DNA of 64,000 nt from a virus. Made by a program: the position numbers and the translations under genes. Of the stretch, positions 1 through 6,394 are shown piece by piece; the stretch's first letter is position 1; each line of letters starts with the position of its first letter. Under the pieces are notes generated by a model. That model ran no database searches and was not told the DNA's origin. It saw only the letters and a program-made list of their open reading frames with translations. Where the stretch lies: the IMG/VR virus record IMGVR_UViG_3300022746_000018; one strand, written 5' to 3'.

Positions 1-44
1 CTAATAGTATGTTTGAATATATATAGATAAAGAAAGGAAAACTA

Positions 45-218
45 ATGAAAGACTTCAACACAATCATCATCACCAAGCGAGGCTGTCGGGAAGATGGCGT
101 AGCGTTCACTATGCACAAGTTCTCAGCCTCTACTCAAGAGCAGGTTCAGGCTATCATCAGCCACCCAAGCATCAAGGGTTGGAAGTATGGCATCAGCATT
201 GGTTATGCCAAGTTGTAA
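45..218 (+). CDS. hypothetical early protein (57 aa)
   Basis: ATG 45 follows the AAAGGAAAACTA RBS shared by most early genes. Hand translation MKDFNTIIITKRGC...IGYAKL, TAA at 216. Below the 60-aa cutoff of the ORF track. Confidence 0.6.
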   Translation: MKDFNTIIITKRGCREDGVAFTMHKFSASTQEQVQAIISHPSIKGWKYGISIGYAKL

Positions 219-241
219 ATGTCAGACCTATCATCTATAAT
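213..241 (+). promoter_or_regulatory. promoter, TTGTAA-N17-TATAAT with AAATGTC element
   Basis: -35-like 213-218, AAATGTC 217-223, TATAAT 236-241. Same AAATGTC-to--10 spacing as the other early promoters. Confidence 0.5.
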
Positions 242-266
242 AGACTTATCAAACAAAGGACAAAGA

Positions 267-479
267 ATGACTCACTACATCAAGACTCTACTCAAGGCTT
301 CGTTTCTATCACTAGCACTAACTATCTTGACTGTGTTTCTTGGTATCACTACCGCCACTAATTCAGACCCATACATTTCAGCCCTTGCTCAGATGGGAAC
401 CTTTATTATTGGTATGTTCACTATCGTTGCTATCATCAGCACTACCGTCTATATGTTTGTTGGTGATGAAAGAATCTAG
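267..479 (+). CDS. small membrane protein (70 aa)
   Basis: Internal ATG 267 of track ORF 219..479 has the RBS AAAGGACAAAGA. The ATG at 219 lies inside the promoter motif. Two hydrophobic helices are present. Confidence 0.6.
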   Translation: MTHYIKTLLKASFLSLALTILTVFLGITTATNSDPYISALAQMGTFIIGMFTIVAIISTTVYMFVGDERI

Positions 480-507
480 CGTGTCAGCTTGACAACTGAT
501 CTCGAAA

Positions 508-521
508 GGGGTCGGCCCCCC
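508..521. repeat. G4-N4-C4 early-region element, copy 1
   Basis: GGGGTCGGCCCCCC, intergenic, about 40 nt upstream of the promoter at 559. Confidence 0.8.
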
Positions 522-553
522 TGTTATCAAACTGTTATAAGAAATGTTACAAA
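522..553 (+). promoter_or_regulatory. three direct TGTTAYMAA repeats upstream of -35
   Basis: TGTTATCAA 522, TGTTATAA 533, TGTTACAAA 545, spaced 11-12 nt. Confidence 0.5.
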
Positions 554-558
554 TATGC

Positions 559-588
559 TTGACAAATGTCTGAGGGTATGCTTATAAT
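559..588 (+). promoter_or_regulatory. early promoter, TTGACA + AAATGTC + TATAAT
   Basis: TTGACA 559-564, AAATGTC 564-570, TATAAT 583-588. Confidence 0.75.
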
Positions 589-612
589 AGATACATAAAG
601 AAAGGACAACTA

Positions 613-828
613 ATGTCAAACATCGAATGGGTAGTAACTCTAGTAACCGAGGACAACACTGTAGTTCGTGGTGTTCAGAAGGCTATGTTTGGTCACCCTG
701 CCATTGACTTCTTCTCAAAGCGTGTAGGTATCAAGGCTAAGGCAGCCTCTGCTGAGAAGATGGTTCACTTTGAACAGTTTCTAGCACAGGGTCTACGCAA
801 TCCGCTTACCGCTGAAGAACTAGCCTAG
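613..828 (+). CDS. hypothetical early protein (71 aa)
   Basis: Track ORF with the RBS AAAGGACAACTA immediately upstream. Confidence 0.75.
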   Translation: MSNIEWVVTLVTEDNTVVRGVQKAMFGHPAIDFFSKRVGIKAKAASAEKMVHFEQFLAQGLRNPLTAEELA

Positions 829-840
829 GGCTACCAGGGC

Positions 841-869
841 GACACGCCCGACAGCGTGGGTCGGCCCCC
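841..869. repeat. 20-mer GACACGCCCGACAGCGTGGG plus G4-N4-C4 element, copy 2
   Basis: The 20-mer 841-860 is identical to 2732-2751. It is followed by the GGGTCGGCCCCC core at 858-869. Confidence 0.8.
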
Positions 870-891
870 TGTGGATAACTCTGTGGATAAA
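870..891 (+). promoter_or_regulatory. two perfect DnaA boxes (TGTGGATAA x2)
   Basis: TGTGGATAA at 870-878 and 883-891 is the reverse complement of the TTATCCACA consensus. The pair lies about 60 nt upstream of the promoter at 950. Confidence 0.6.
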
Positions 892-922
892 GCTACGAAG
901 ATCGATCCAAATCCCCTAGCTC

Positions 923-942
923 TGTTATCAAATCGTTACCAA
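923..942 (+). promoter_or_regulatory. direct repeats TGTTATCAA / CGTTACCAA upstream of -35
   Basis: Same repeat family as 522-553. CTGTTATCAAA is identical to 521-531. Confidence 0.45.
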
Positions 943-949
943 AAAAGAC

Positions 950-979
950 TTGACAAATGTCCTAGGGTGTGCCTATAAT
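950..979 (+). promoter_or_regulatory. early promoter, TTGACA + AAATGTC + TATAAT
   Basis: TTGACA 950-955, AAATGTC 955-961, TATAAT 974-979. Confidence 0.75.
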
Positions 980-1003
980 AGAGGTATCAAGAAAGGAAAA
1001 CTA

Positions 1004-1195
1004 ATGAAAATCAACTTCAATACCCCAAGCGTAGAGGCTCAATACATTGCCCTTACCGCTCACTGGGACGACCGTTTCTATGTAAACGAATGCCTCTGTG
1101 GCTATGAGTTGTTTGGTCGCACTAAGTCAGACCTAATCAAGGCTTTTGAGTTTCACATTCAGACTTGCGACACGAAAAGCCTAATGAAGAAATAA
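1004..1195 (+). CDS. hypothetical early protein (63 aa)
   Basis: Internal ATG of track ORF 950..1195 follows AAAGGAAAACTA. The start used by the track is the TTG of the -35 box. Confidence 0.7.
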   Translation: MKINFNTPSVEAQYIALTAHWDDRFYVNECLCGYELFGRTKSDLIKAFEFHIQTCDTKSLMKK

Positions 1196-1218
1196 ATGTC
1201 TGCCCCTACTGTTAGACT
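1194..1218 (+). promoter_or_regulatory. AAATGTC-type promoter (no TTGACA), -10 TAGACT
   Basis: AAATGTC 1194-1200. TAGACT 1213-1218 starts 19 nt after the first base of AAATGTC, the conserved offset. Confidence 0.45.
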
Positions 1219-1242
1219 TGTAACACAACGAAAGGAAAACTA

Positions 1243-1398
1243 ATGAACGAAATCTTCCCTCTAAGCAAGGAATACTACGCAGAGGACTTTGGCTTCTGTG
1301 ACCTATGCGACAACTACACCCCATTCGATGAATGTGTCGAATGTGGCGAAGATGTTTGTGTTGTTTGCCACAACGCCTACGGTTGCCCTGAAGACTAA
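1243..1398 (+). CDS. Cys-rich mini-protein (51 aa), zinc-ribbon-like
   Basis: AAAGGAAAACTA RBS. Hand translation MNEIFPLSKEYYAEDFGFCDLCDNYTPFDECVECGEDVCVVCHNAYGCPED. Confidence 0.6.
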   Translation: MNEIFPLSKEYYAEDFGFCDLCDNYTPFDECVECGEDVCVVCHNAYGCPED

Positions 1399-1421
1399 AT
1401 GTCTGTGGCTACTGCTAAAAT
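1397..1421 (+). promoter_or_regulatory. AAATGTC-type promoter, -10 TAAAAT
   Basis: AAATGTC 1397-1403, TAAAAT 1416-1421. Confidence 0.45.
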
Positions 1422-1445
1422 AAAATCACTACGAAAGGAAAACTA

Positions 1446-1625
1446 ATGACCAAAGATGAAAAACTAGCCCTGTTGGAAGACCTATTCCGTCAGGAAGATG
1501 ACCGCCAGAGTATGGTCTATGCTCGTATGTATGGAATGCTTGCCGCTTGGGTTCGTGATGAAGACCTGAACCAGATGCTTCAGTTTCGTGGCGTAAACCT
1601 TGACAACCTAACCGAAACCCTGTAA
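1446..1625 (+). CDS. hypothetical early protein (59 aa)
   Basis: AAAGGAAAACTA RBS. Hand-translated MTKDEKLALLEDLF...NLTETL. Confidence 0.6.
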   Translation: MTKDEKLALLEDLFRQEDDRQSMVYARMYGMLAAWVRDEDLNQMLQFRGVNLDNLTETL

Positions 1626-1654
1626 ACTAGTAGAAACGAACAAAGGACAGAAAA

Positions 1655-1831
1655 ATGATGACTCGCAAAGACTATGTAGCAACCGCAGAGATTTTGAACG
1701 AATACAAGGACAAGATTGACTTTTTGATTTTGGCAGACATCGCTGAAGACTTTGCTGAAATGTTTGCTGAAGACAATGAGCGTTTCAACCACCAGCGTTT
1801 TATTGACGCAGTATTCGCAGAGGGGAACTAA
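1655..1831 (+). CDS. hypothetical early protein (58 aa)
   Basis: RBS AAAGGACAGAAAA. Hand-translated MMTRKDYVATAEIL...AEGN. The stop overlaps the next start (TAATG). Confidence 0.6.
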   Translation: MMTRKDYVATAEILNEYKDKIDFLILADIAEDFAEMFAEDNERFNHQRFIDAVFAEGN

Positions 1832-1968
1832 TGGGATATGTCTTGGTTGCTCTTGGGTATATTGGCCTTTGTGCTTATATTGTTTTTCAAGCAATAACGC
1901 TTGATAAATTCCGAAAGTGGAATGCAGAGTTGCGACTTGAGGTTGAGTTAAACAAACCTCCATTCTAA
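1831..1968 (+). CDS. small membrane protein (45 aa)
   Basis: TAATG coupling to the upstream gene. N-terminal hydrophobic helix GYVLVALGYIGLCAYIVF. Confidence 0.5.
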   Translation: MGYVLVALGYIGLCAYIVFQAITLDKFRKWNAELRLEVELNKPPF

Positions 1969-2059
1969 AATAGGAATATGTCTGCCTGGGGCTGGATCCC
2001 CCAAACCAAGCGGTAGACAACTAGATCTGGTAGCTAAAATAAAATAGGCTACCACATCT

Positions 2060-2074
2060 GGGGGTCGGCCCCCC
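2060..2074. repeat. G4-N4-C4 element, copy 3
   Basis: GGGGGTCGGCCCCCC. It is preceded by the GGTAGC...GCTACC hairpin at 2029-2056. Confidence 0.8.
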
Positions 2075-2117
2075 TACATCTAGTAGCTTACGTAGCTTAA
2101 GACACAAGATCTAGATC

Positions 2118-2144
2118 TGTGGAATGTTATAAATCTGTTACCAA
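2118..2144 (+). promoter_or_regulatory. direct repeats TGTGGAATG / TGTTATAAA / TGTTACCAA
   Basis: Phased about 11 nt apart, directly upstream of the -35 at 2151. Confidence 0.45.
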
Positions 2145-2150
2145 ATAGAC

Positions 2151-2180
2151 TTGCTAAATGTCTGTTGGTCTTGCTATACT
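2151..2180 (+). promoter_or_regulatory. early promoter, TTGCTA + AAATGTC + TATACT
   Basis: TTGCTA 2151-2156, AAATGTC 2156-2162, TATACT 2175-2180. Confidence 0.65.
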
Positions 2181-2205
2181 TATTTTATCAACGAAAGGAC
2201 AACTC

Positions 2206-2340
2206 ATGACCCCAAACGCTATCGTATTCTACAACGGCTTCAACCTACTACTTGACATTGTGTTCGTATACATTGCTTATCGTATTGGCAAGTCTATCGG
2301 ATACCGCCAAGGCGAAGAGGATAACCAGCCACCATTCTAA
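2206..2340 (+). CDS. small membrane protein (44 aa)
   Basis: Internal ATG of track ORF 2158..2340 follows AAAGGACAACTC. Hydrophobic core FNLLLDIVFVYIAY. Confidence 0.6.
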   Translation: MTPNAIVFYNGFNLLLDIVFVYIAYRIGKSIGYRQGEEDNQPPF

Positions 2341-2341
2341 T

Positions 2342-2366
2342 AAATGTCATACCCCTATGCTAAACT
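2342..2366 (+). promoter_or_regulatory. AAATGTC-type promoter, -10 TAAACT
   Basis: AAATGTC 2342-2348, TAAACT 2361-2366. Confidence 0.45.
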
Positions 2367-2393
2367 AAATACATAATCAAGAAAGGCAAACTA

Positions 2394-2531
2394 ATGGCTA
2401 AGAGCAACTACACCCTGTATTCATACAACTTCAACGGCAGCGAGGTTGTTTCGGCAATCCACGCCTATGACTTGAGCAAGTTTCTAACAGAACACCCAGA
2501 CGCAAAGCCATTCAAGCGAGAGGTAAACTAA
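2394..2531 (+). CDS. hypothetical early protein (45 aa)
   Basis: RBS AAAGGCAAACTA. Hand-translated MAKSNYTLYSYNFNG...KREVN. Confidence 0.55.
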   Translation: MAKSNYTLYSYNFNGSEVVSAIHAYDLSKFLTEHPDAKPFKREVN

Positions 2532-2680
2532 TGTCAAGCCCTATTATCTGCCAAATGTGTGATGAAGCACGAGCAACCGAGGTTGGCGTATTTGTTGATG
2601 GTTCGATGATGGCTCTATGCGATGAATGCCTAGAGAAGTCTGAAGAGTTTATCGTGAATGTTGGGTGTCTAGCAGACTAG
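2531..2680 (+). CDS. zinc-ribbon mini-protein (49 aa)
   Basis: TAATG coupling. CQMC...CDEC motif pair. Confidence 0.55.
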   Translation: MSSPIICQMCDEARATEVGVFVDGSMMALCDECLEKSEEFIVNVGCLAD

Positions 2681-2731
2681 ACGCTAGGGGGCTAGGGTGA
2701 GCCTAGAAATAGCAAATAAACTTAGCCCCAC

Positions 2732-2760
2732 GACACGCCCGACAGCGTGGGCCGACCACC
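2732..2760. repeat. 20-mer GACACGCCCGACAGCGTGGG plus inverted G4-N4-C4 element, copy 4
   Basis: The 20-mer is identical to 841-860. It is followed by GGGCCGACCACC. Confidence 0.8.
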
Positions 2761-2792
2761 TGGATCTGGATCAGCATTAAGTTTAAGATAAT

Positions 2793-2817
2793 AAATGTCC
2801 TAGGTCTGTGATAGGCT
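2793..2817 (+). promoter_or_regulatory. AAATGTC-type promoter, -10 TAGGCT
   Basis: AAATGTC 2793-2799, TAGGCT 2812-2817. Confidence 0.35.
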
Positions 2818-2823
2818 GAAGCC

Positions 2824-2928
2824 ATGAACGTAGAAGAATTTAACGAGTTTTTTGCTGGCATGACCGCTGAGGAGATTCAGCAGTGGTATGACGAAAACAT
2901 GTTCAATAAGGATTGGGATTGGACCTAG
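2824..2928 (+). CDS. hypothetical mini-protein (34 aa)
   Basis: ATG 2824 lies 7 nt after the putative -10, so it may be leaderless. There is no clear RBS. Confidence 0.35.
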   Translation: MNVEEFNEFFAGMTAEEIQQWYDENMFNKDWDWT

Positions 2929-2930
2929 AA

Positions 2931-2941
2931 GGGTCGGCCCC
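2931..2941. repeat. G4-N4-C4 element, copy 5
   Basis: GGGTCGGCCCC directly after the stop at 2928. Confidence 0.75.
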
Positions 2942-2969
2942 TAGCTTATCAAATCAATTAAGATAATGC

Positions 2970-2998
2970 TTGACATTTCCTAATTTATGATGTAAGAT
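2970..2998 (+). promoter_or_regulatory. promoter TTGACA-N17-TAAGAT driving a leaderless gene
   Basis: TTGACA 2970-2975, TAAGAT 2993-2998. The ATG at 3005 is 7 nt past the -10. Confidence 0.6.
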
Positions 2999-3004
2999 AA
3001 TACT

Positions 3005-3175
3005 ATGAAGAAAAACAAGAAGCCATTGGGCAAAGCCAATGAAGCAAGACGCAAGGCAGAAGCAAAGGCACTATTTCAGTCTATGCTATCCAACCACGCT
3101 AGTGTAGTTATCCCTAATCGTTTCAAGGGTAGTCGTCAAGCAAACATTCGCAAGGCTATTAGCGAGTCTTACTAA
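3005..3175 (+). CDS. small basic protein (56 aa), leaderless
   Basis: Hand-translated MKKNKKPLGKANEARRKAEAKALF...ISESY. No RBS; the start coincides with the predicted TSS. Confidence 0.55.
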   Translation: MKKNKKPLGKANEARRKAEAKALFQSMLSNHASVVIPNRFKGSRQANIRKAISESY

Positions 3176-3177
3176 AT

Positions 3178-3202
3178 AAATGTCATACCCCCCTGTTATA
3201 CT
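3178..3202 (+). promoter_or_regulatory. AAATGTC-type promoter, -10 TATACT
   Basis: AAATGTC 3178-3184, TATACT 3197-3202. Confidence 0.5.
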
Positions 3203-3230
3203 ATAAACAACCTCAAAAGAAAGGCTCACA

Positions 3231-3698
3231 ATGGGCACTCGTAATCTAACCAAGGTAATCAACAGCGATGGCGTTACTGTCGTTGCACAGTATGGTCAAT
3301 GGGATGGCTATCCAGAAGGTCAAGGCTTAGTTGCTTTGCACCATGCTCGTATGGCACACGCTATTTCTAATGCCCTGCCGTATGTTCGTTTTATTTCAGA
3401 AGATGAAGCCAATGCCCTATTTGCTGGCTATGACTTTGCTAATGGAAACTTTAGCCGTGACTTTCCTACCTTTAGCCGTGATACTGGTGCAGACATTCTA
3501 GGTGTTATTGCCTATTCCGCTGGTGAAGTATTGCTTATTGATAACAGCGAGTTTGAGAATGACGACCTGTTTTGTGAAGGTGTCTACACTATTGACTTTG
3601 AGTCTAACAAGTTTATTAGCAACTTTGGCAAGGTAGTTGAGTTTGACTTGAGTAATCTGCCTACTAAGGAACAGTATTTGGATGCCTTTAGGGCTTGA
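3231..3698 (+). CDS. hypothetical protein (155 aa)
   Basis: Track ORF with the RBS AAAGGCTCACA. Confidence 0.8.
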   Translation: MGTRNLTKVINSDGVTVVAQYGQWDGYPEGQGLVALHHARMAHAISNALPYVRFISEDEANALFAGYDFANGNFSRDFPTFSRDTGADILGVIAYSAGEVLLIDNSEFENDDLFCEGVYTIDFESNKFISNFGKVVEFDLSNLPTKEQYLDAFRA

Positions 3699-3723
3699 CA
3701 ATACCCCCACTATCCTGTAAACT
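3695..3723 (+). promoter_or_regulatory. promoter TTGACA-N17-TAAACT
   Basis: Overlaps the stop of the upstream gene. Confidence 0.5.
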
Positions 3724-3751
3724 AATACCAACCCTAAAGAAAGAAGGCACT

Positions 3752-3970
3752 ATGCCTAGTTATGTTACTCGCCAGACTCGTGTTTCAGAAGTCAGCAAGT
3801 GGAATGAGATTTACACTAGCGACATCGGGACGGTATGGAAGGCAGAAAACTTTTTTGGATACTACAAAACCAAACTAAATGGTAAGACAAAGTATTTCAA
3901 GGGAGAGATGGCAGAGATGGACATTGAGAGAATGTTTCGTGATGCTGGAGATTGGGAGTGTATGCTATGA
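3752..3970 (+). CDS. hypothetical protein (72 aa)
   Basis: Internal ATG of track ORF 3695..3970 follows AAAGAAGGCACT. Confidence 0.65.
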   Translation: MPSYVTRQTRVSEVSKWNEIYTSDIGTVWKAENFFGYYKTKLNGKTKYFKGEMAEMDIERMFRDAGDWECML

Positions 3971-4041
3971 GCGATGAACCAACTTGTGCCTATTCCTTTG
4001 ATGGAGATAACTGCGAAGTCTGCTTTCCTGATGAAGGTTAG
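3967..4041 (+). CDS. possible Cys-containing micro-protein (24 aa)
   Basis: ATGA overlap with the upstream stop. Very short. Confidence 0.25.
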   Translation: MSDEPTCAYSFDGDNCEVCFPDEG

Positions 4042-4044
4042 CTA

Positions 4045-4066
4045 GGCCCCTTCGGGGGCCGACCCC
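4045..4066. repeat. G4-N4-C4 element, copy 6 (inverted) with UUCG hairpin
   Basis: GGCCCC-TTCG-GGGGCC followed by GACCCC. Confidence 0.8.
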
Positions 4067-4098
4067 TCCCTACACACCCCCTTGATCAAAAAATTTTG

Positions 4099-4107
4099 TT
4101 TAAGAAA
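4099..4107 (+). promoter_or_regulatory. TTTAAGAAA box 3 nt upstream of -35
   Basis: TTTAAGAAAtgcTTGACT. The same arrangement occurs at 5870-5887. Confidence 0.5.
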
Positions 4108-4110
4108 TGC

Positions 4111-4139
4111 TTGACTTTTGCTTGGAACTTTGCTAAACT
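4111..4139 (+). promoter_or_regulatory. promoter TTGACT-N17-TAAACT (TGn extended)
   Basis: TTGACT 4111-4116, TGcTAAACT 4131-4139. Confidence 0.65.
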
Positions 4140-4166
4140 AAACATACAAAGAAAGGCTAACCCCCA

Positions 4167-4886
4167 ATGGCACTTATCAGAAGCAAAGACCGTAAAGTCA
4201 CTAATGCTGTATCACCTAATGGCAAGACCCCTACTATTGCTAATACCTTTGGACTACCTGCTGGCAAGGCTTTTTCATGCCCTGGGGCTACCTCGGTTTG
4301 CGAGAAGGTTTGCTATGCTGGAAAGTTGGAAAAAGTATACAAGGGCGTTCGCAACATCCTAGTGACTAACTATGAGCAACTATTGGCTACTGATAAAATG
4401 GGCATGGTCAATTTGTTGAACGACATGATTGTTGATTTCAAAAAGGATTGCGACAAGCGTGGGGCAGAAAAGTTGTTCCGTATCCATTGGGATGGCGATT
4501 TCTTTAGTGTCACCTACGCTATGGCATGGGCTATGGTTATTGAACTACACAAGGATGTTCAATTCTGGGCATACACTCGTTCAGATTTTGCTGTTCCATA
4601 CCTGTATGACATTGACAACCTAGCCCTGTATTTCTCAACTGATAGTGCTAATCGTGCTTTGGGCATTCGCCTCAAGAAGCAATTCGGTATCAAGTTGGCA
4701 TACCTTGCAAACACTTTTGCAGAAGGTAAAGCAGACTTCAAGCAACTACAAGACAAGTCTGCAGTGCCATGCCCTGAAAACAACAAGAAAGTCAAGTTGA
4801 TTAGCGAACAGGGTTCAGCGTGTGTTCTATGCTCTCAATGTGTATTTGCTCGTAATGACATTTTGTTTAGTGTGACTAAGAAATAG
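4167..4886 (+). CDS. conserved phage protein with N-terminal Cys cluster (GP88-like, tentative)
   Basis: 239-aa track ORF with the RBS AAAGGCTAACCCCCA. The CPGATSVCEKVCY motif is present. The family assignment is from memory only. Confidence 0.8.
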   Translation: MALIRSKDRKVTNAVSPNGKTPTIANTFGLPAGKAFSCPGATSVCEKVCYAGKLEKVYKGVRNILVTNYEQLLATDKMGMVNLLNDMIVDFKKDCDKRGAEKLFRIHWDGDFFSVTYAMAWAMVIELHKDVQFWAYTRSDFAVPYLYDIDNLALYFSTDSANRALGIRLKKQFGIKLAYLANTFAEGKADFKQLQDKSAVPCPENNKKVKLISEQGSACVLCSQCVFARNDILFSVTKK

Positions 4887-4892
4887 GTAAGT

Positions 4893-4955
4893 ATGGAAAT
4901 AGTATTAGTTATCATGGCTGCCCTGATTGTGTTGCTGGCTTTTCTAAACCAGTGA
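4893..4955 (+). CDS. possible hydrophobic micro-peptide (20 aa)
   Basis: MEIVLVIMAALIVLLAFLNQ with a weak RBS TAGGTAAG. Confidence 0.25.
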   Translation: MEIVLVIMAALIVLLAFLNQ

Positions 4956-4971
4956 CCCTTCGGGGCCGACC
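4955..4971. repeat. G4-N4-C4 element, copy 7 (inverted)
   Basis: ACCCTTCGGGGCCGACC. Confidence 0.75.
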
Positions 4972-4992
4972 TGGATCGACCTCCTAAAATCT

Positions 4993-5010
4993 TTTAAGAA
5001 AGTTTAAGAG
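4993..5010 (+). promoter_or_regulatory. TTTAAGAAA / TTTAAGAG direct repeats upstream of -35
   Basis: Copies at 4993-5001 and 5003-5010. Confidence 0.5.
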
Positions 5011-5015
5011 TATGC

Positions 5016-5044
5016 TTGACATTCTCCTGAATCTCTGGCATACT
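5016..5044 (+). promoter_or_regulatory. promoter TTGACA-N17-CATACT
   Basis: TTGACA 5016-5021, CATACT 5039-5044. Confidence 0.6.
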
Positions 5045-5070
5045 ATATATATCGAAGAAAGGCCAACTAT

Positions 5071-5319
5071 ATGCTAATGAAGTATGACTACGACTACCAA
5101 GCCTTTGTATCAGGCGATGGCAGTTATGGTGTAGACACTGTTGTTACATTTAACTACGATGAGTTTCATGAGCGTTACCCCAATGCATGGTCAAGCCTTG
5201 ATGAGGTTCACGACTCTACTCGTATTGAGTTGATTATGGCTACCCTTGAGCAGGATGAGGAAGCCATCCGTGACCTTTGTGACGAGAACGACCTTAACCC
5301 TCTAGACTTCCTAGATTAA
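5071..5319 (+). CDS. hypothetical acidic protein (82 aa)
   Basis: Track ORF with the RBS AAAGGCCAACTAT. Confidence 0.75.
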   Translation: MLMKYDYDYQAFVSGDGSYGVDTVVTFNYDEFHERYPNAWSSLDEVHDSTRIELIMATLEQDEEAIRDLCDENDLNPLDFLD

Positions 5320-5341
5320 TGTCATACCCATACCGTATACT
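5317..5341 (+). promoter_or_regulatory. AAATGTC-type promoter (TAATGTC), -10 TATACT
   Basis: TAATGTC 5317-5323, TATACT 5336-5341. Confidence 0.4.
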
Positions 5342-5372
5342 TAGACGTAAACCCCAAGAAGAAGGAACCTTC

Positions 5373-5777
5373 ATGAACGAAGAAAACGCAGTTATCGACA
5401 ACACCATTGCAAGCGAGCACCCAGTGCTTATTCAGTATAAGACCCAGATTGCTACTCTTCAGTCATCTCTTGATGACATGCGTCAACGTTGGGAACGCAC
5501 GTTCAGTGCAAAGAACACTTTCGAAGAGAAGGTGAAGAACGTTCTTATTGAGGCCATTGAGGACCATGACGAAGATACCGTCCGCTACATTGCTAATCAG
5601 CTAAACGTTGACCTAACGGTTACCAAGACCTACGAGATTAACGTGACCTTCCGAGTAGACGTTGAGTTGGAGATTGGTGAAGACATTGACCCAGATTGGG
5701 ACTTTGACTTTACCGTATCCAGTGACAAGGTTGTTGACTATAGCTCTGACATTATTTGGAGCAACGAAGTTTCATAG
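5373..5777 (+). CDS. hypothetical protein (134 aa)
   Basis: Internal ATG of track ORF 5319..5777 follows GAAGGAACCTTC. Confidence 0.7.
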   Translation: MNEENAVIDNTIASEHPVLIQYKTQIATLQSSLDDMRQRWERTFSAKNTFEEKVKNVLIEAIEDHDEDTVRYIANQLNVDLTVTKTYEINVTFRVDVELEIGEDIDPDWDFDFTVSSDKVVDYSSDIIWSNEVS

Positions 5778-5818
5778 GGGTATGAAAAAAGGGACCTAGG
5801 CTACGTCCATGTAAACTG

Positions 5819-5841
5819 GCCCCCTTCGGGGGTCGGCCCCC
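5819..5841. repeat. G4-N4-C4 element, copy 8 with UUCG hairpin
   Basis: GGCCCCCTTCGGGGGTCGGCCCCC. Confidence 0.8.
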
Positions 5842-5857
5842 TGGGTGATCGAAACTT

Positions 5858-5878
5858 TTTAAGAAATCTTTTAAGAAA
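5858..5878 (+). promoter_or_regulatory. two TTTAAGAAA boxes, 12-nt phasing
   Basis: Copies at 5858-5866 and 5870-5878; the proximal copy is 3 nt from the -35. Confidence 0.55.
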
Positions 5879-5881
5879 TGC

Positions 5882-5910
5882 TTGACAAATCCCCTGTTAT
5901 GCCCCATAAT
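5882..5910 (+). promoter_or_regulatory. promoter TTGACA-N17-CATAAT
   Basis: TTGACA 5882-5887, CATAAT 5905-5910. Confidence 0.65.
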
Positions 5911-5965
5911 AGTATTACAAGGAAATACGGAAGCAAGAAACAGTCTAGAAAATAAATAAAAAAGT

Positions 5966-6006
5966 TTGACAAAATGCTTGACAAATCCTGTTTTCCCTGT
6001 CATAAT
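5966..6006 (+). promoter_or_regulatory. tandem promoter, two TTGACA boxes and CATAAT
   Basis: TTGACA 5966-5971 and 5978-5983, CATAAT 6001-6006. Confidence 0.6.
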
Positions 6007-6079
6007 AGATAAGTAAACAAAAACGGAGAACAAACTCCCCTAACAAAATCCTAATACCGATTAGGTGAAAGAAGCAAAA

Positions 6080-6226
6080 ATGACCGCTATTACTGTTGGC
6101 TCACAGTTCGCAACCCAGAAGTCTGGCGTTGTTGGTATTGTTCGTGAGGTAGTTGCTAACAAGAACGGCACTCAGCGTGTTCGTCTTGAGGTAAACGGTG
6201 CTGACCGTTGGACTACTGTCAAGTAA
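6080..6226 (+). CDS. hypothetical protein (48 aa)
   Basis: RBS AGGTGAAAGAAG. Hand-translated MTAITVGSQFATQKSG...WTTVK. Confidence 0.55.
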   Translation: MTAITVGSQFATQKSGVVGIVREVVANKNGTQRVRLEVNGADRWTTVK

Positions 6227-6394
6227 GACCCTTTCAGTAGGGAAAAGTCCTGAGTATGACTTTGTGAAAATAACTGCTCAACATCTTTGGAAAATGTAAA
6301 CTAATCCCTTTTGCTTGGGGGGTAGGTATTCTAGAAATGCTTATCCCCCTAGCGATTGTTCAACCCCCATACCCCCAAAAGAAAGAAAACTAAA

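Noticed and set aside
219-479. Track start at ATG 219, and similar TAAATG stop-start junctions at 1196, 1399, 2343, 3179 and 5319
   Set aside because: These ATGs are part of the conserved AAATGTC promoter element. The real starts are the downstream ATGs preceded by AAAGGA-type RBSs.
1580-2020. 146-aa - strand ORF in the early region
   Set aside because: It is antisense to four consecutive RBS-led + strand mini-genes (1446-1968). It has no RBS or promoter, and its Cys/Leu/Val-rich composition is typical of antisense artefacts.
5752-6033. 93-aa - strand ORF
   Set aside because: It lies across two tandem + strand promoters and a G4-N4-C4 element, and it has no translation signals.
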